A DNA stretch of 64,000 nucleotides from Escherichia coli (GCF_003790525.1 NZ_CP033635.1); one strand, 5' to 3'; shown: positions 1-14,329, numbered from the stretch's first letter. Numbers and translations are program-made. The notes: generated by a model not told the origin, from the letters alone.

Positions 1-2894
1 GGATCACGATGGACGGCAAACCCTGGCCGAGCGGAGCATTGACGCTGGCCTGGATACCGGAACAGGACGTTGGCGGCAAAGACAATAAACGCAGTGACGA
101 ACTCCGGATTCGTGCCAGTAATCTGGAGCTGGCAGGCCTGGAGGGCGTACGCCCGTTGGCCGCGAAACTTTCACCTGCACTGGGTGATGTTTGGCGCTCC
201 ACACAACCGAGCGGCAAGATTAACACTCTGGCGCTGGATATCCCGCTTCAGGCGGCAGACAAGACCCGTTTTCAGGCATCGTGGAGCGATCTGGCCTGGA
301 AGCAATGGAAATTATTACCGGGTGCGGAACACTTCTCCGGGACGCTTTCCGGCAGCGTAGAAAATGGTTTGCTTACTGCGTCGATGAAGCAGGCAAAGAT
401 GCCTTACGAAACGGTATTCCGCGCGCCACTGGAAATCGCCGACGGCCAGGCAACGATAAGCTGGCTGAACAATGACAAAGGTTTCCAGCTGGATGGACGT
501 AATATTGACGTTAAAGCCAAAGCCGTCCATGCGCGCGGCGGTTTTCGTTACCTGCAACCTGCTAACGATGAACCCTGGCTGGGGATTCTGGCTGGCATCA
601 GTACCGACGATGGTTCACAAGCCTGGCGCTATTTCCCGGAAAACTTGATGGGTAAAGACCTGGTTGATTACTTAAGTGGCGCGATTCAGGGCGGTGAAGC
701 GGATAACGCGACGCTGGTTTATGGTGGCAATCCGCAACTCTTCCCCTATAAACACAACGAAGGTCAGTTTGAAGTGCTGGTGCCGCTGCGCAACGCGAAG
801 TTTGCCTTCCAGCCGGACTGGCCTGCATTAACTAACCTTGATATTGAACTGGACTTTATTAACGACGGTTTATGGATGAAAACCGATGGCGTTAATCTGG
901 GCGGCGTGCGTGCGAGTAATCTCACCGCAGTGATCCCTGACTACTCAAAAGAAAAACTGCTGATTGACGCTGACATTAAAGGCCCGGGTAAAGCCGTTGG
1001 CCCTTACTTTGATGAGACACCGCTGAAAGATTCTCTGGGGGCGACCCTGCAAGAACTCCAGCTCGACGGCGATGTGAATGCTCGCTTACATCTCGATATT
1101 CCGCTGAACGGCGAACTGGTAACCGCGAAAGGTGAAGTGACGCTGCGTAATAACAGTCTGTTTATCAAACCACTCGACAGCACCCTGAAAAATTTGAGCG
1201 GTAAATTCAGCTTTATCAATGGCGATCTGCAAAGTGAACCACTGACAGCAAGCTGGTTTAATCAGCCGTTGAACGTGGATTTTTCCACCAAAGAAGGGGC
1301 AAAAGCCTACCAGGTCGCGGTGAATCTCAACGGTAACTGGCAACCAGCGAAAACCGGCGTTCTGCCTGAAGCGGTGAACGAAGCATTAAGTGGCAGCGTG
1401 GCGTGGGATGGTAAAGTGGGCATTGAGCTGCCTTATCATGCTGGCGCGACGTATAACGTAGAGCTGAATGGCGATTTGAAGAATGTGAGCAGTCACTTAC
1501 CTTCACCGTTAGCCAAACCTGCGGGTGAACCACTACCGGTAAACGTTAAGGTTGATGGCAATCTCAACAGCTTTGAATTAACCGGACAGGCTGGTGCGGA
1601 TAACCATTTCAATAGCCGCTGGTTGCTCGGTCAAAAGCTGACGCTCGATCGTGCTATATGGGCGGCAGACAGTAAAACGCTCCCGCCGTTGCCGGAACAA
1701 AGTGGCGTTGAACTCAATATGCCGCCGATGAATGGTGCCGAGTGGCTGGCCCTGTTCCAGAAAGGCGCGGCGGAGAGTGTCGGTGGTGCAGCGAGTTTCC
1801 CACAACACATAACGTTACGTACGCCTATGTTGTCGCTGGGAAATCAGCAATGGAATAACCTGAGCATTGTTTCGCAACCGACGGCAAATGGCACCCAGGT
1901 TGAGGCGCAAGGGCGTGAAATCAACGCCACGCTGGCGATGCGTAATAACGCGCCGTGGCTGGCGAATATCAAATATCTTTATTACAACCCAAGCGTGCCG
2001 AAAACTCATGGTGACTCAACGAATTCATCACCTTTCCTGACAACGGAGCGCATTAGCTTCCGTGGCTGGCCGGACGCACAAATACGATGCGCAGAGTGCT
2101 GGTTCTGGGGGCAAAAATTCGGGCGCATTGACAGTGATATCACCATTTCTGGCAATACATTAACGCTGACTAATGGACTGATTGATACTGGTTTTTCGCG
2201 GCTCACTGCCGATGGTGAATGGGTTAACAATCCGGGAAATGAACGCACTTCGCTGAAAGGAAAACTGCGTGGGCAGAAAATTGATGCCGCCGCAGAATTT
2301 TTTGGTGTCACGACGCCCATACGGCAGTCGTCATTTAATGTGGATTACGATTTACACTGGCGCAAAGCACCCTGGCAACCAGATGAGGCGACGTTGAATG
2401 GCATCATTCATACTCAACTGGGCAAAGGCGAAATTACCGAAATCAATACCGGACATGCCGGGCAATTGCTGCGCTTATTGAGCGTTGATGCCCTGATGCG
2501 TAAGCTGCGTTTTGATTTCAGAGACACTTTTGGCGAAGGGTTCTATTTTGACTCCATTCGCAGCACCGCGTGGATTAAAGACGGCGTTATGCACACCGAC
2601 GACACGCTGGTGGATGGCCTGGAAGCGGACATCGCTATGAAAGGGTCGGTAAATCTGGTACGTCGCGACCTGAATATGGAAGCGGTTGTCGCACCAGAGA
2701 TTTCTGCGACGGTGGGTGTGGCTGCGGCCTTTGCGGTTAACCCCATTGTTGGCGCGGCAGTGTTTGCCGCCAGTAAAGTGCTGGGACCGCTGTGGAGCAA
2801 AGTCTCCATTTTGCGCTATCACATTTCGGGTCCGCTGGACGATCCGCAAATCAACGAAGTGTTGCGACAACCGCGTAAAGAAAAAGCGCAATGA
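1..2894 (+). CDS. yhdP: AsmA-family inner membrane protein YhdP, C-terminal ~960 codons (5' end lies outside window)
   Basis: Open frame from window edge to stop at 2892-2894; translated sequence and position upstream of tldD match recalled E. coli YhdP. Confidence 0.85.
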   Translation, partial: ITMDGKPWPSGALTLAWIPEQDVGGKDNKRSDELRIRASNLELAGLEGVRPLAAKLSPALGDVWRSTQPSGKINTLALDIPLQAADKTRFQASWSDLAWKQWKLLPGAEHFSGTLSGSVENGLLTASMKQAKMPYETVFRAPLEIADGQATISWLNNDKGFQLDGRNIDVKAKAVHARGGFRYLQPANDEPWLGILAGISTDDGSQAWRYFPENLMGKDLVDYLSGAIQGGEADNATLVYGGNPQLFPYKHNEGQFEVLVPLRNAKFAFQPDWPALTNLDIELDFINDGLWMKTDGVNLGGVRASNLTAVIPDYSKEKLLIDADIKGPGKAVGPYFDETPLKDSLGATLQELQLDGDVNARLHLDIPLNGELVTAKGEVTLRNNSLFIKPLDSTLKNLSGKFSFINGDLQSEPLTASWFNQPLNVDFSTKEGAKAYQVAVNLNGNWQPAKTGVLPEAVNEALSGSVAWDGKVGIELPYHAGATYNVELNGDLKNVSSHLPSPLAKPAGEPLPVNVKVDGNLNSFELTGQAGADNHFNSRWLLGQKLTLDRAIWAADSKTLPPLPEQSGVELNMPPMNGAEWLALFQKGAAESVGGAASFPQHITLRTPMLSLGNQQWNNLSIVSQPTANGTQVEAQGREINATLAMRNNAPWLANIKYLYYNPSVPKTHGDSTNSSPFLTTERISFRGWPDAQIRCAECWFWGQKFGRIDSDITISGNTLTLTNGLIDTGFSRLTADGEWVNNPGNERTSLKGKLRGQKIDAAAEFFGVTTPIRQSSFNVDYDLHWRKAPWQPDEATLNGIIHTQLGKGEITEINTGHAGQLLRLLSVDALMRKLRFDFRDTFGEGFYFDSIRSTAWIKDGVMHTDDTLVDGLEADIAMKGSVNLVRRDLNMEAVVAPEISATVGVAAAFAVNPIVGAAVFAASKVLGPLWSKVSILRYHISGPLDDPQINEVLRQPRKEKAQ

Positions 2895-2964
2895 TTTGAC
2901 GAGGGCGCGTAATTGCCCCAATCTCATAGGATAATCGTTGCCAAAGGCCAACGAGCCAGAACAT

Positions 2965-3008
2965 AACCGTAGGCCGGATAGGGCGTTCACGCCGCATCCG
3001 GCAGCCGT
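2965..3008. repeat. REP (repetitive extragenic palindrome) element in the yhdP-tldD intergenic region
   Basis: Sequence gtaggccggatagggcgttcacgccgcatccggcag matches the REP consensus (GCCGGATG...CATCCGGC palindrome). Confidence 0.7.
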
Positions 3009-3034
3009 AAAAAATCCTCTACTGCAGTAACTAA

Positions 3035-4495
<1,461 letters not shown>

Positions 4496-4544
4496 TAATT
4501 TCAGTATTTTCAGAAGGATAATTAATCCTTCTCCGTGTACGAAC

Positions 4545-4585
4545 GGTCCCCTCGCCCCTCTGGGGTTAGGGTGAGGGGAACCCGT
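4545..4585. repeat. GC-rich palindromic intergenic repeat (CCCCTCGCCCCT...GGGTGAGGGGAA); second copy at 22396-22430
   Basis: Inverted repeat cccctc/gagggg seen directly; a near-identical motif recurs between nanA and nanT. Confidence 0.5.
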
Positions 4586-4622
4586 TGGCACAGGTTTGTA
4601 CTACGTAACAGTACAATATTAA

Positions 4623-5552
4623 TTACTTCTCTTTCCCGCGCCCGTGCATCTCCTGAAACAATTTACCGACCTCAACAAAATAATCCGTCAGCGAGTTGAT
4701 CACGACCTGTACCTTCAGCGGTAGCTTATCTTTTTCGGTATACAACGCATAAACCGGGCGTGGATCTGACTGGTAACGCGGCAGCAGGATCTCCAGTTCC
4801 CCGCGATTGATCTCGTTGATCACCCACATCAGCGGCACGTAGGCGATCCCGGCACCCGCCGTCAGCCAGCGCACCAGCGTCATCGGATCATTAGTCACAA
4901 ATCTTCCTTGTGGGATCAGGCGAGTCGAGATCCCTTCCGGTGCGATCAGTTCAAATTCATTGTCGGGCCGCACGCTGTATTCAAGCCATGAATGACTACT
5001 CAAATCGGCGGGTTTTTCCGGTATGCCGTATTGTGTGAGATAGCTTTTCGCGGCGCACACCACCATCGGCATCGCGCCCAGACGGCGGGAAAACAGGCTG
5101 GAATCCTGCAACGCGCCGACGCGGATCACCACATCCAGACCATCGGCAATCAGGTCGGGGGCAGGAATTCCGGTAACCAGATTGACGCTCAAACCTGGGT
5201 ATTCTTTCAGCATTTTTGCTGTCAGCCCGGCGAGAACATTTTGTGCCATAGTTGAAGAACAGCCAATGCGCAGCGTCCCGATGGGGGTGTTATTGAAGGC
5301 ATACAGTTGCTCATGAACATCCTGCACTTCATGGAGCATCCGACGGCAGCCCTGGTAGTAAATTCTACCGGCTTCGGTCAGGCCAATGCTGCGTGTGCTA
5401 CGGTTTAACAGCTTTACCTGTAACTCATCTTCCAGTTTTGACACCGTCTGACTGATGGACGAAACGCTCATCTGTAGCTGTCTGGCGGCGGCGGTAAAAG
5501 AGCCAAATTCAACTACTTTGGCAAACACCGACATGCGTTTTAGTCGTTCCAT
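4623..5552 (-). CDS. aaeR: LysR-family transcriptional regulator AaeR (309 aa)
   Basis: ORF with N-terminal HTH typical of LysR regulators; divergent from aaeXAB as in E. coli. Confidence 0.93.
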   Translation of the reverse strand: MERLKRMSVFAKVVEFGSFTAAARQLQMSVSSISQTVSKLEDELQVKLLNRSTRSIGLTEAGRIYYQGCRRMLHEVQDVHEQLYAFNNTPIGTLRIGCSSTMAQNVLAGLTAKMLKEYPGLSVNLVTGIPAPDLIADGLDVVIRVGALQDSSLFSRRLGAMPMVVCAAKSYLTQYGIPEKPADLSSHSWLEYSVRPDNEFELIAPEGISTRLIPQGRFVTNDPMTLVRWLTAGAGIAYVPLMWVINEINRGELEILLPRYQSDPRPVYALYTEKDKLPLKVQVVINSLTDYFVEVGKLFQEMHGRGKEK

Positions 5553-5734
5553 TATTCACTCTGACTTAAAAGTGATTTAGATCACATAATATAGATAACA
5601 GCATAACAGTTACGCTAATATATTAAATATCAATCTACAGCAATGTTGCTCTCGCCCGGCTTTCCATGCCCTTCTCTGCGGCGACAGATGCTGAAAATAA
5701 TAACGCCTGCTCTCTCTATACAACCAAGGTCAAC

Positions 5735-5938
5735 ATGAGTCTGTTTCCCGTTATCGTGGTGTTTGGGCTGTCCTTCCCACCGATATTTTTTGAATTGCTT
5801 TTATCACTGGCGATTTTCTGGCTGGTGCGCCGGGTACTTGTGCCAACAGGTATCTACGACTTTGTCTGGCATCCGGCGTTGTTCAACACCGCGCTCTATT
5901 GCTGCTTGTTTTATTTGATATCGCGACTGTTCGTTTGA
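5735..5938 (+). CDS. aaeX: Small membrane protein AaeX (67 aa)
   Basis: Internal Met of track ORF 5666..5938 gives the 67-aa hydrophobic protein [12 protein letters not shown]..., immediately upstream of aaeA. Confidence 0.85.
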
Positions 5939-5945
5939 GGTTGAA

Positions 5946-6878
5946 GTGAAAACACTAATAAGAAAATTCTCCCGTACGGCCATCACGGTCGTATTAGTCA
6001 TTCTGGCCTTCATCGCAATTTTTAATGCCTGGGTCTATTACACCGAATCCCCGTGGACGCGTGACGCGCGCTTTAGCGCTGACGTCGTTGCGATCGCGCC
6101 GGACGTTTCTGGACTCATTACCCAGGTGAATGTTCATGATAACCAGCTGGTGAAAAAAGGACAGGTACTGTTCACCATCGACCAGCCGCGTTATCAAAAG
6201 GCGCTTGAGGAAGCGCAAGCCGATGTTGCTTATTATCAGGTACTGGCACAGGAGAAACGCCAGGAGGCCGGACGTCGTAACCGTCTCGGTGTGCAGGCGA
6301 TGTCTCGCGAAGAGATCGACCAGGCCAACAACGTACTACAAACAGTTCTGCATCAGTTAGCGAAAGCGCAGGCGACCCGCGATCTGGCAAAACTGGATCT
6401 TGAACGTACAGTCATCCGCGCGCCAGCAGATGGCTGGGTGACCAACCTCAACGTCTATACCGGTGAGTTTATTACCCGTGGATCAACGGCGGTTGCGCTG
6501 GTGAAACAGAACTCCTTCTATGTACTGGCCTATATGGAAGAAACTAAGCTGGAAGGGGTGCGCCCTGGGTATCGTGCGGAGATCACGCCGCTTGGCAGTA
6601 ACAAAGTGCTGAAAGGGACTGTTGATAGTGTTGCCGCTGGGGTCACCAACGCCAGCAGCACGCGTGACGACAAAGGGATGGCGACCATCGACTCTAACCT
6701 TGAATGGGTGCGTTTGGCGCAACGTGTTCCGGTTCGTATTCGTCTCGACAACCAGCAAGAGAACATCTGGCCTGCGGGCACCACTGCTACAGTGGTGGTC
6801 ACTGGCAAACAAGATCGCGACGAAAGCCAGGATTCGTTCTTCCGTAAAATGGCCCATCGCCTGCGTGAGTTTGGTTAA
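5946..6878 (+). CDS. aaeA: p-Hydroxybenzoic acid efflux pump membrane-fusion subunit AaeA (310 aa), GTG start
   Basis: Full ORF; N-terminal TM helix then HlyD-like sequence; recognised as AaeA. Confidence 0.93.
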
Positions 6879-6883
6879 TCACG

Positions 6884-8851
6884 ATGGGTATTTTCTCCAT
6901 TGCTAACCAACATATTCGCTTTGCGGTAAAACTGGCGACCGCCATTGTACTGGCGCTGTTTGTTGGCTTTCACTTCCAGCTGGAAACGCCACGCTGGGCG
7001 GTACTGACAGCGGCGATTGTTGCCGCCGGTCCGGCCTTTGCTGCGGGAGGTGAACCGTATTCTGGCGCTATTCGCTATCGTGGCTTTTTGCGCATCATCG
7101 GCACATTTATTGGCTGTATTGCCGGACTGGTAATCATCATTGCGATGATCCGCGCACCATTATTGATGATTCTGGTGTGCTGTATCTGGGCCGGTTTTTG
7201 TACCTGGATATCCTCGCTGGTACGAATAGAAAACTCGTATGCGTGGGGGCTGGCCGGTTATACCGCGCTGATCATTGTGATCACTATTCAGCCGGAACCA
7301 TTGCTTACGCCGCAGTTTGCCGTCGAACGTTGTAGCGAGATCGTTATCGGTATTGTGTGTGCAATTATGGCGGATTTGCTCTTTTCTCCGCGATCGATCA
7401 AACAAGAAGTGGATCGAGAGCTGGAAAGTTTGCTGGTCGCGCAATATCAATTAATGCAACTCTGTATCAAACATGGCGATGGTGAAGTTGTCGATAAAGC
7501 CTGGGGCGATCTGGTGCGACGTACTACGGCGTTACAAGGTATGCGCAGCAACCTGAATATGGAATCTTCCCGCTGGGCGCGGGCCAATCGACGTTTAAAA
7601 GCGATCAATACGCTATCGCTGACGCTGATTACACAATCCTGCGAAACTTATCTTATTCAGAATACGCGCCCGGAATTGATCACTGATACTTTCCGCGAAT
7701 TTTTTGACACGCCGGTAGAAACCGCGCAGGACGTCCACAAGCAGCTCAAACGCCTGCGGAGAGTGATCGCCTGGACCGGGGAACGGGAAACGCCTGTTAC
7801 CATTTATAGCTGGGTCGCGGCGGCAACGCGTTATCAGCTTCTCAAGCGCGGCGTTATCAGTAACACAAAAATCAACGCCACCGAAGAAGAGATCCTGCAA
7901 GGCGAACCGGAAGTCAAAGTAGAGTCAGCCGAACGTCATCATGCGATGGTTAACTTCTGGCGAACCACACTTTCCTGCATTCTGGGGACGCTTTTCTGGC
8001 TGTGGACGGGCTGGACTTCCGGCAGTGGTGCAATGGTGATGATTGCGGTAGTGACGTCACTGGCAATGCGTTTGCCAAATCCACGCATGGTGGCGATCGA
8101 CTTTATCTACGGGACGCTGGCCGCGCTGCCGTTAGGGCTGCTCTACTTTTTGGTGATTATCCCTAATACTCAACAGAGCATGTTGCTGCTGTGTATTAGC
8201 CTGGCAGTGCTGGGATTTTTCCTCGGTATAGAAGTACAGAAACGGCGACTGGGCTCGATGGGGGCGCTGGCCAGCACCATAAATATTATCGTGCTGGATA
8301 ACCCGATGACTTTCCATTTCAGTCAGTTTCTCGACAGCGCATTAGGGCAAATCGTCGGCTGTGTGCTCGCGTTCACCGTTATTTTGCTGGTGCGGGATAA
8401 ATCGCGCGACAGGACTGGACGTGTACTGCTTAATCAGTTTGTTTCTGCCGCTGTTTCCGCGATGACTACCAATGTGGCACGTCGTAAAGAGAATCACCTC
8501 CCGGCACTTTATCAGCAGCTGTTTTTGCTGATGAATAAGTTCCCAGGGGATTTGCCGAAATTTCGCCTGGCGCTGACGATGATTATCGCGCACCAGCGCC
8601 TGCGTGATGCGCCGATCCCGGTTAACGAGGATTTATCGGCGTTTCACCGACAAATGCGCCGCACAGCAGACCATGTGATATCTGCCCGTAGCGATGATAA
8701 ACGTCGTCGGTACTTTGGCCAGTTGCTGGAAGAACTTGAAATCTACCAGGAAAAGCTACGCATCTGGCAAGCGCCACCGCAGGTGACGGAACCAGTACAT
8801 CGGCTTACGGGTATGCTCCATAAGTATCAACATGCGTTGACCGATAGTTAA
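6884..8851 (+). CDS. aaeB: p-Hydroxybenzoic acid efflux pump subunit AaeB (655 aa)
   Basis: Full ORF, multi-TM, 5 bp downstream of aaeA; recognised as AaeB. Confidence 0.93.
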   Translation: MGIFSIANQHIRFAVKLATAIVLALFVGFHFQLETPRWAVLTAAIVAAGPAFAAGGEPYSGAIRYRGFLRIIGTFIGCIAGLVIIIAMIRAPLLMILVCCIWAGFCTWISSLVRIENSYAWGLAGYTALIIVITIQPEPLLTPQFAVERCSEIVIGIVCAIMADLLFSPRSIKQEVDRELESLLVAQYQLMQLCIKHGDGEVVDKAWGDLVRRTTALQGMRSNLNMESSRWARANRRLKAINTLSLTLITQSCETYLIQNTRPELITDTFREFFDTPVETAQDVHKQLKRLRRVIAWTGERETPVTIYSWVAAATRYQLLKRGVISNTKINATEEEILQGEPEVKVESAERHHAMVNFWRTTLSCILGTLFWLWTGWTSGSGAMVMIAVVTSLAMRLPNPRMVAIDFIYGTLAALPLGLLYFLVIIPNTQQSMLLLCISLAVLGFFLGIEVQKRRLGSMGALASTINIIVLDNPMTFHFSQFLDSALGQIVGCVLAFTVILLVRDKSRDRTGRVLLNQFVSAAVSAMTTNVARRKENHLPALYQQLFLLMNKFPGDLPKFRLALTMIIAHQRLRDAPIPVNEDLSAFHRQMRRTADHVISARSDDKRRRYFGQLLEELEIYQEKLRIWQAPPQVTEPVHRLTGMLHKYQHALTDS

Positions 8852-8856
8852 GTCAA

Positions 8857-8885
8857 AACCGACGCCAAAAGCGTCGGTTTTTTCA
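8857..8885 (+). terminator. Rho-independent terminator after aaeB
   Basis: Hairpin aaccgacgc-caaaa-gcgtcggtt followed by a T-run. Confidence 0.8.
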
Positions 8886-8942
8886 TGGCTATACTTAGCA
8901 ATGAACGGCAGAACTCGCCGCGAAACGTGACGGTGGCAACAG

Positions 8943-9215
8943 ATGAATATTTATACCTTTGATTTTGATGAGATTGAGAGTCAGGAGGATTTTTATCGCG
9001 ACTTCAGCCAAGCCTTTGGTCTGGCGAAAGATAAGGTACGCGATCTCGACTCACTATGGGATGTGTTAATGAACGATGTCCTGCCGCTACCACTTGAGAT
9101 TGAATTTGTTCATCTGGGAGAGAAAACGCGTCGCCGTTTTGGCGCGTTAATATTGCTGTTTGATGAGGCAGAGGAAGAGCTGGAAGGGCATTTGCGTTTT
9201 AATGTTCGTCATTAG
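8943..9215 (+). CDS. yhcO: Barstar-like protein YhcO (90 aa)
   Basis: ORF translation [21 protein letters not shown]... recognised as YhcO. Confidence 0.88.
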   Translation: MNIYTFDFDEIESQEDFYRDFSQAFGLAKDKVRDLDSLWDVLMNDVLPLPLEIEFVHLGEKTRRRFGALILLFDEAEEELEGHLRFNVRH

Positions 9216-9270
9216 CGCAAAAAAAAGCCCCCGAACCGGGGGCAATATCGTCGGACAAGACGATGAGGGT

Positions 9271-9534
9271 TTATTTGTACAGTTCAGCCGTAGCGTGCCA
9301 GGTGTCACCGCTACGAGCTTCCGTAATCTGGTAGGCCGTTGCGCCTTTCTCTTCTGCTTTTTTGTTCAGCATTTCACGCATATCCATTGGCGAAGACGCC
9401 ACACCACTTACGGATACGGTCCCGATTGCTTCACGATTTTGTGCTTGTGCAGCATCAATGGAGTCGGCAGCGAATGCACCGAAAGAGAGAACAGAAAGTA
9501 CGCTTAATGCAGCAACAGTGGTTTTGATTTTCAT
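9271..9534 (-). CDS. yhcN: Periplasmic stress-induced protein YhcN (87 aa, signal peptide; DUF1471 family)
   Basis: Internal ATG preceded by gaggtaaaaatc RBS; N-terminal signal peptide MKIKTTVAALSVLSVLSFGAFA. Confidence 0.88.
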   Translation of the reverse strand: MKIKTTVAALSVLSVLSFGAFAADSIDAAQAQNREAIGTVSVSGVASSPMDMREMLNKKAEEKGATAYQITEARSGDTWHATAELYK

Positions 9535-9898
9535 GATTTTTACCTCGACATAATCTTTTAGCTGGGCCTTTGTTTCGTGACCCATATCACAAAATCAAGT
9601 ATACACTAATTATTGAACTAATTAATACCACGCTAACTGTTTCAGTTGATACTAAGTGTTAAAAATGTGAATTTTAATAACAAAAAAGTATTAAAAACAC
9701 GGTTATTTATTATAAATACCATATTTTTCAATTAGATAATGGATTTTGCATAATGTGCTTTTTTTACCGTATGTATTCATTGTGTGAATGATATGTCGCA
9801 GTAAAACGCACTATTCGTTAAATTAATCGCAGGGGAAAGCAGGGGGTTGAGAGGGATAAGCAACATTTTCCCCGCCGCCAGAAGCGACGGGGCAGAGA

Positions 9899-10372
<474 letters not shown>

Positions 10373-10397
10373 TCACCCGATATGGTGGTTGATACAA

Positions 10398-10433
10398 CAT
10401 TATTGTGCATACAGATGAATTTTTATGCAAACA
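10398..10433 (-). promoter_or_regulatory. Putative ARG box operator(s) in the argR promoter (autoregulation)
   Basis: tgcatacagaTGAATttttATGCAaa resembles the ARG box consensus TGAAT-N4-ATTCA, immediately upstream of argR. Confidence 0.5.
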
Positions 10434-10728
10434 GTCAGCCCTGAAGAAGGCTGAAATAATGTTATGAAAGAGCGGGATTTTATCAAATTTCGTTATTGAG
10501 AAACATGCCTGCGTCACGGCATGCAAATTCTGCTTAAAAGTAAATTAATTGTTATCAAATTGATGTTGTTTTGGCTGAACGGTAGGGTATATTGTCACCA
10601 CCTGTTGGAATGTTGCGCTAATGCATAAGCGACTGTTAATTACGTAAGTTAGGTTCCTGATTACGGCAATTAAATGCATAAACGCTAAACTTGCGTGACT
10701 ACACATTCTTGAGATGTGGTCATTGTAA

Positions 10729-11742
<1,014 letters not shown>

Positions 11743-11757
11743 TTGATTAGCGGATAA

Positions 11758-11794
11758 TAAAAAACCGGAGCACAGACTCCGGTTTTTTGTTTTG
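11758..11794. terminator. Bidirectional rho-independent terminator between convergent mdh and degS
   Basis: aaaaaaccggagcacagactccggtttttt: hairpin flanked by an A-run and a T-run. Confidence 0.8.
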
Positions 11795-11804
11795 AGCGCA
11801 CGAC

Positions 11805-12872
11805 TTAATTGGTTGCCGGATATTCCTGAATGGTGACCTGCAGCGTTAACTGCTTATCATCACGCATCACTACAACCGGGATCACCGAGCCAGGGCGAAT
11901 TTCCGCCACCTGATCCATCGTCTCCAGAGCAGAGATGGCCGGTTTGTTATCCACCGAAATAATCAAATCATTGACCTGAATACCCGCATTCGCCGCCGGG
12001 CCGTCAGGTGACACTTCATTAACCACGATCCCTTGCAGTTGATCTATACCACCGCCCTGCGCGTGCAGTGGTGCGATCTCACGTCCGCCGATACCAATGT
12101 AGCCGCGGATCACGCGACCATCGCGGATCAGTTTATCCATAATTTTGGTTGCTAACTGGAAAGGAATCGCAAAGCCGATACCTTCCGGCGTTTCGCCATC
12201 GTTACTCTTATCAAACGACAGCGTGTTAATGCCCATCAGTTCGCCCAGCGAGTTCACCAGCGCGCCGCCAGAGTTACCGTGGTTAATGGAAGCATCGGTT
12301 TGCAGGAAGTTTTGCCGCCCGGTCGGGTTCAGACCGATTCGACCCGTGGCACTAATAATCCCCTGGGTAATGGTCTGCCCGAGGTTGTACGGGTTACCGA
12401 TCGCCAGTACCACGTCACCAATGTGCGGTACGCGACGTGCATTAATTGGAATGGTAGGTAAACCGCCAGTGGCATTAATTTTAAGTACCGCCAGATCGGT
12501 TAGAGAGTCAGATCCCACCAGCAATGCTTCAAATACACGTCCATCTTGTAAGGCGACGATGATCTGATCGGCGTCGTTGATGACGTGTTTATTGGTGATG
12601 ATATAACCGCGTTGATCCATGATTACACCGGATCCCAGGGTGCGGATCTCAAGCTGGTTGTGAGAGTTGGTGTTCAAACCACGGTTGTAAACGTTAACCA
12701 CCGCTGGCGCGGCGCGGCGAACCGCCAGATTATAGCTGGCAGGCGTCTCATCGGTACTGTCAAATTGCGGAGTGGAAAGCGGGTTAAGGCTGCGCAGCGA
12801 AGGCATGGCAACCAGCAGAATAGCGCCGACAATTAATCCAATCGCAACGGAACGTAAGAGCTTCACAAACAT
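11805..12872 (-). CDS. degS: Periplasmic serine endoprotease DegS (355 aa)
   Basis: Full ORF; trypsin-like protease plus PDZ domain; recognised as DegS. Confidence 0.95.
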   Translation of the reverse strand: MFVKLLRSVAIGLIVGAILLVAMPSLRSLNPLSTPQFDSTDETPASYNLAVRRAAPAVVNVYNRGLNTNSHNQLEIRTLGSGVIMDQRGYIITNKHVINDADQIIVALQDGRVFEALLVGSDSLTDLAVLKINATGGLPTIPINARRVPHIGDVVLAIGNPYNLGQTITQGIISATGRIGLNPTGRQNFLQTDASINHGNSGGALVNSLGELMGINTLSFDKSNDGETPEGIGFAIPFQLATKIMDKLIRDGRVIRGYIGIGGREIAPLHAQGGGIDQLQGIVVNEVSPDGPAANAGIQVNDLIISVDNKPAISALETMDQVAEIRPGSVIPVVVMRDDKQLTLQVTIQEYPATN

Positions 12873-12961
12873 GATGGAGGCATCGTTAAAAAAGGGAACG
12901 GCAGCAGCATACCACGAGTTAACCGGACATCACACGTCAGCCTGATGCCCGGTTTACGACA

Positions 12962-14329
12962 TTAACGCATCAGCAGATAGATGCTTTCATTGCCGCGTAC
13001 AATTTGCAGGGCGATGATGGCCGGTTTTGCCGCCAGCACTTTACGCATTTCAGCAATCGAGTTCACCCGATCGCGGTTGACGCCAATGATCACATCGTCT
13101 TTTTGCAAGCCAGCCTGAGCAGCTGGGCTTCCTTTGACAACCTCATCGATCTTAATACCTTTGCCGCCATCTTTTAGCTGACCATCGCTCAACGTTGCAC
13201 CTTCCAGCGCTGGCGTGATCATTTCAGCGCTGGCCGACGAAGAGGTGCTGGTATCAAGCGTCACTTCTACTTCCAGTGGTTTGCCGTTACGCAGCAGGCC
13301 AAGTTTCACTTTTGTGCCCGGCTCGGTGGTCGCGATACGAGAGCGCAACTCAGCAAAGCTATTCAGCGGTTTGCCGTTGAGGCTGGTAATAATATCGCCC
13401 GCTTTGATGCCCGCTTTTGCCGAGCCAGAACCTGGCAACACTTCGCTGACAAACGCGCCACGCTGCACGTCAAGGTTGAAGGCTTTGGCGATATCGGCAC
13501 TCATCTCTGTGCCTTTGATGCCTAACAGACCGCGTTTGATTTCACCGAAGTCGATAAGCTGCTGCGCCAGTGTTCGCGCCATATTACTGGGGATGGCAAA
13601 TCCAATCCCGACGCTCCCACCGCCAGGCGCAAGGATTGCAGTGTTGATGCCAATTAACTCACCGTTAAGGTTTAACAGTGCACCGCCGGAGTTACCGCGG
13701 TTAATGGAAGCATCTGTCTGGATAAAGTTTTCAAGACCTTCAAGATTCAACCCGCTGCGGCCTAATGCGGAAACAATGCCAGAGGTGGCGGTTTGCCCAA
13801 GGCCAAATGGGTTACCGACCGCCACGGCAAAATCACCGACGCGCAATTTATCGGAGTCGGCAATAGCGATTTGCGTTAATTTGCTCGGGTTTTGAATTTG
13901 CAACAGGGCGATATCGCTCTGGTCATCGCTACCAATCAGTTTTGCATCAAACTCGCGCCCATCATTGAGCTGAATACTGATTTTCTGTGCCTGATTAATC
14001 ACATGGTTGTTGGTCAGCACATAGCCTTTACTGGCGTTGATGATGACACCGGAGCCTAAACCTTCGAAGGGTTGTGCAGGTTGATCCGGTAAATCATCAC
14101 CAAAAAACTTTTTGAATTCTTCCGGGATTTTCTGTCCCTGACTGGCCGTTCCTTCCACCCGTACGCTCACCACTGCCGGAAGCACTTTTTCCAGCATTGG
14201 GGCCAGACTGGGGAGAGGGGCCTGATCGGCAACCTGGCCTGGAATCGACGCAACGGCCTGAAATGACGCCGAGAGAGTTAACCCGACACTTAACGCTAAT
14301 GCACTCAACAGCTGGGTTTGTTTTTTCAT
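12962..14329 (-). CDS. degQ: Periplasmic serine endoprotease DegQ (455 aa)
   Basis: Internal Met (MKKQTQLLSALALS... signal peptide) of track ORF 12962..14371; recognised as DegQ. Confidence 0.94.
   Translation of the reverse strand: MKKQTQLLSALALSVGLTLSASFQAVASIPGQVADQAPLPSLAPMLEKVLPAVVSVRVEGTASQGQKIPEEFKKFFGDDLPDQPAQPFEGLGSGVIINASKGYVLTNNHVINQAQKISIQLNDGREFDAKLIGSDDQSDIALLQIQNPSKLTQIAIADSDKLRVGDFAVAVGNPFGLGQTATSGIVSALGRSGLNLEGLENFIQTDASINRGNSGGALLNLNGELIGINTAILAPGGGSVGIGFAIPSNMARTLAQQLIDFGEIKRGLLGIKGTEMSADIAKAFNLDVQRGAFVSEVLPGSGSAKAGIKAGDIITSLNGKPLNSFAELRSRIATTEPGTKVKLGLLRNGKPLEVEVTLDTSTSSSASAEMITPALEGATLSDGQLKDGGKGIKIDEVVKGSPAAQAGLQKDDVIIGVNRDRVNSIAEMRKVLAAKPAIIALQIVRGNESIYLLMR

Noticed and set aside
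4505-4540. Hairpin gaaggataattaatccttc just after tldD as an intrinsic terminator
   Set aside because: The stem is present but no U-tract follows; the adjacent GC-rich palindromic repeat is the likelier structural element, so I did not call a terminator.
13215-13895. 226-aa plus-strand ORF antisense to degQ
   Set aside because: Fully embedded in the well-supported degQ CDS; low-complexity Ala/Pro/Ser-rich translation typical of antisense frames.
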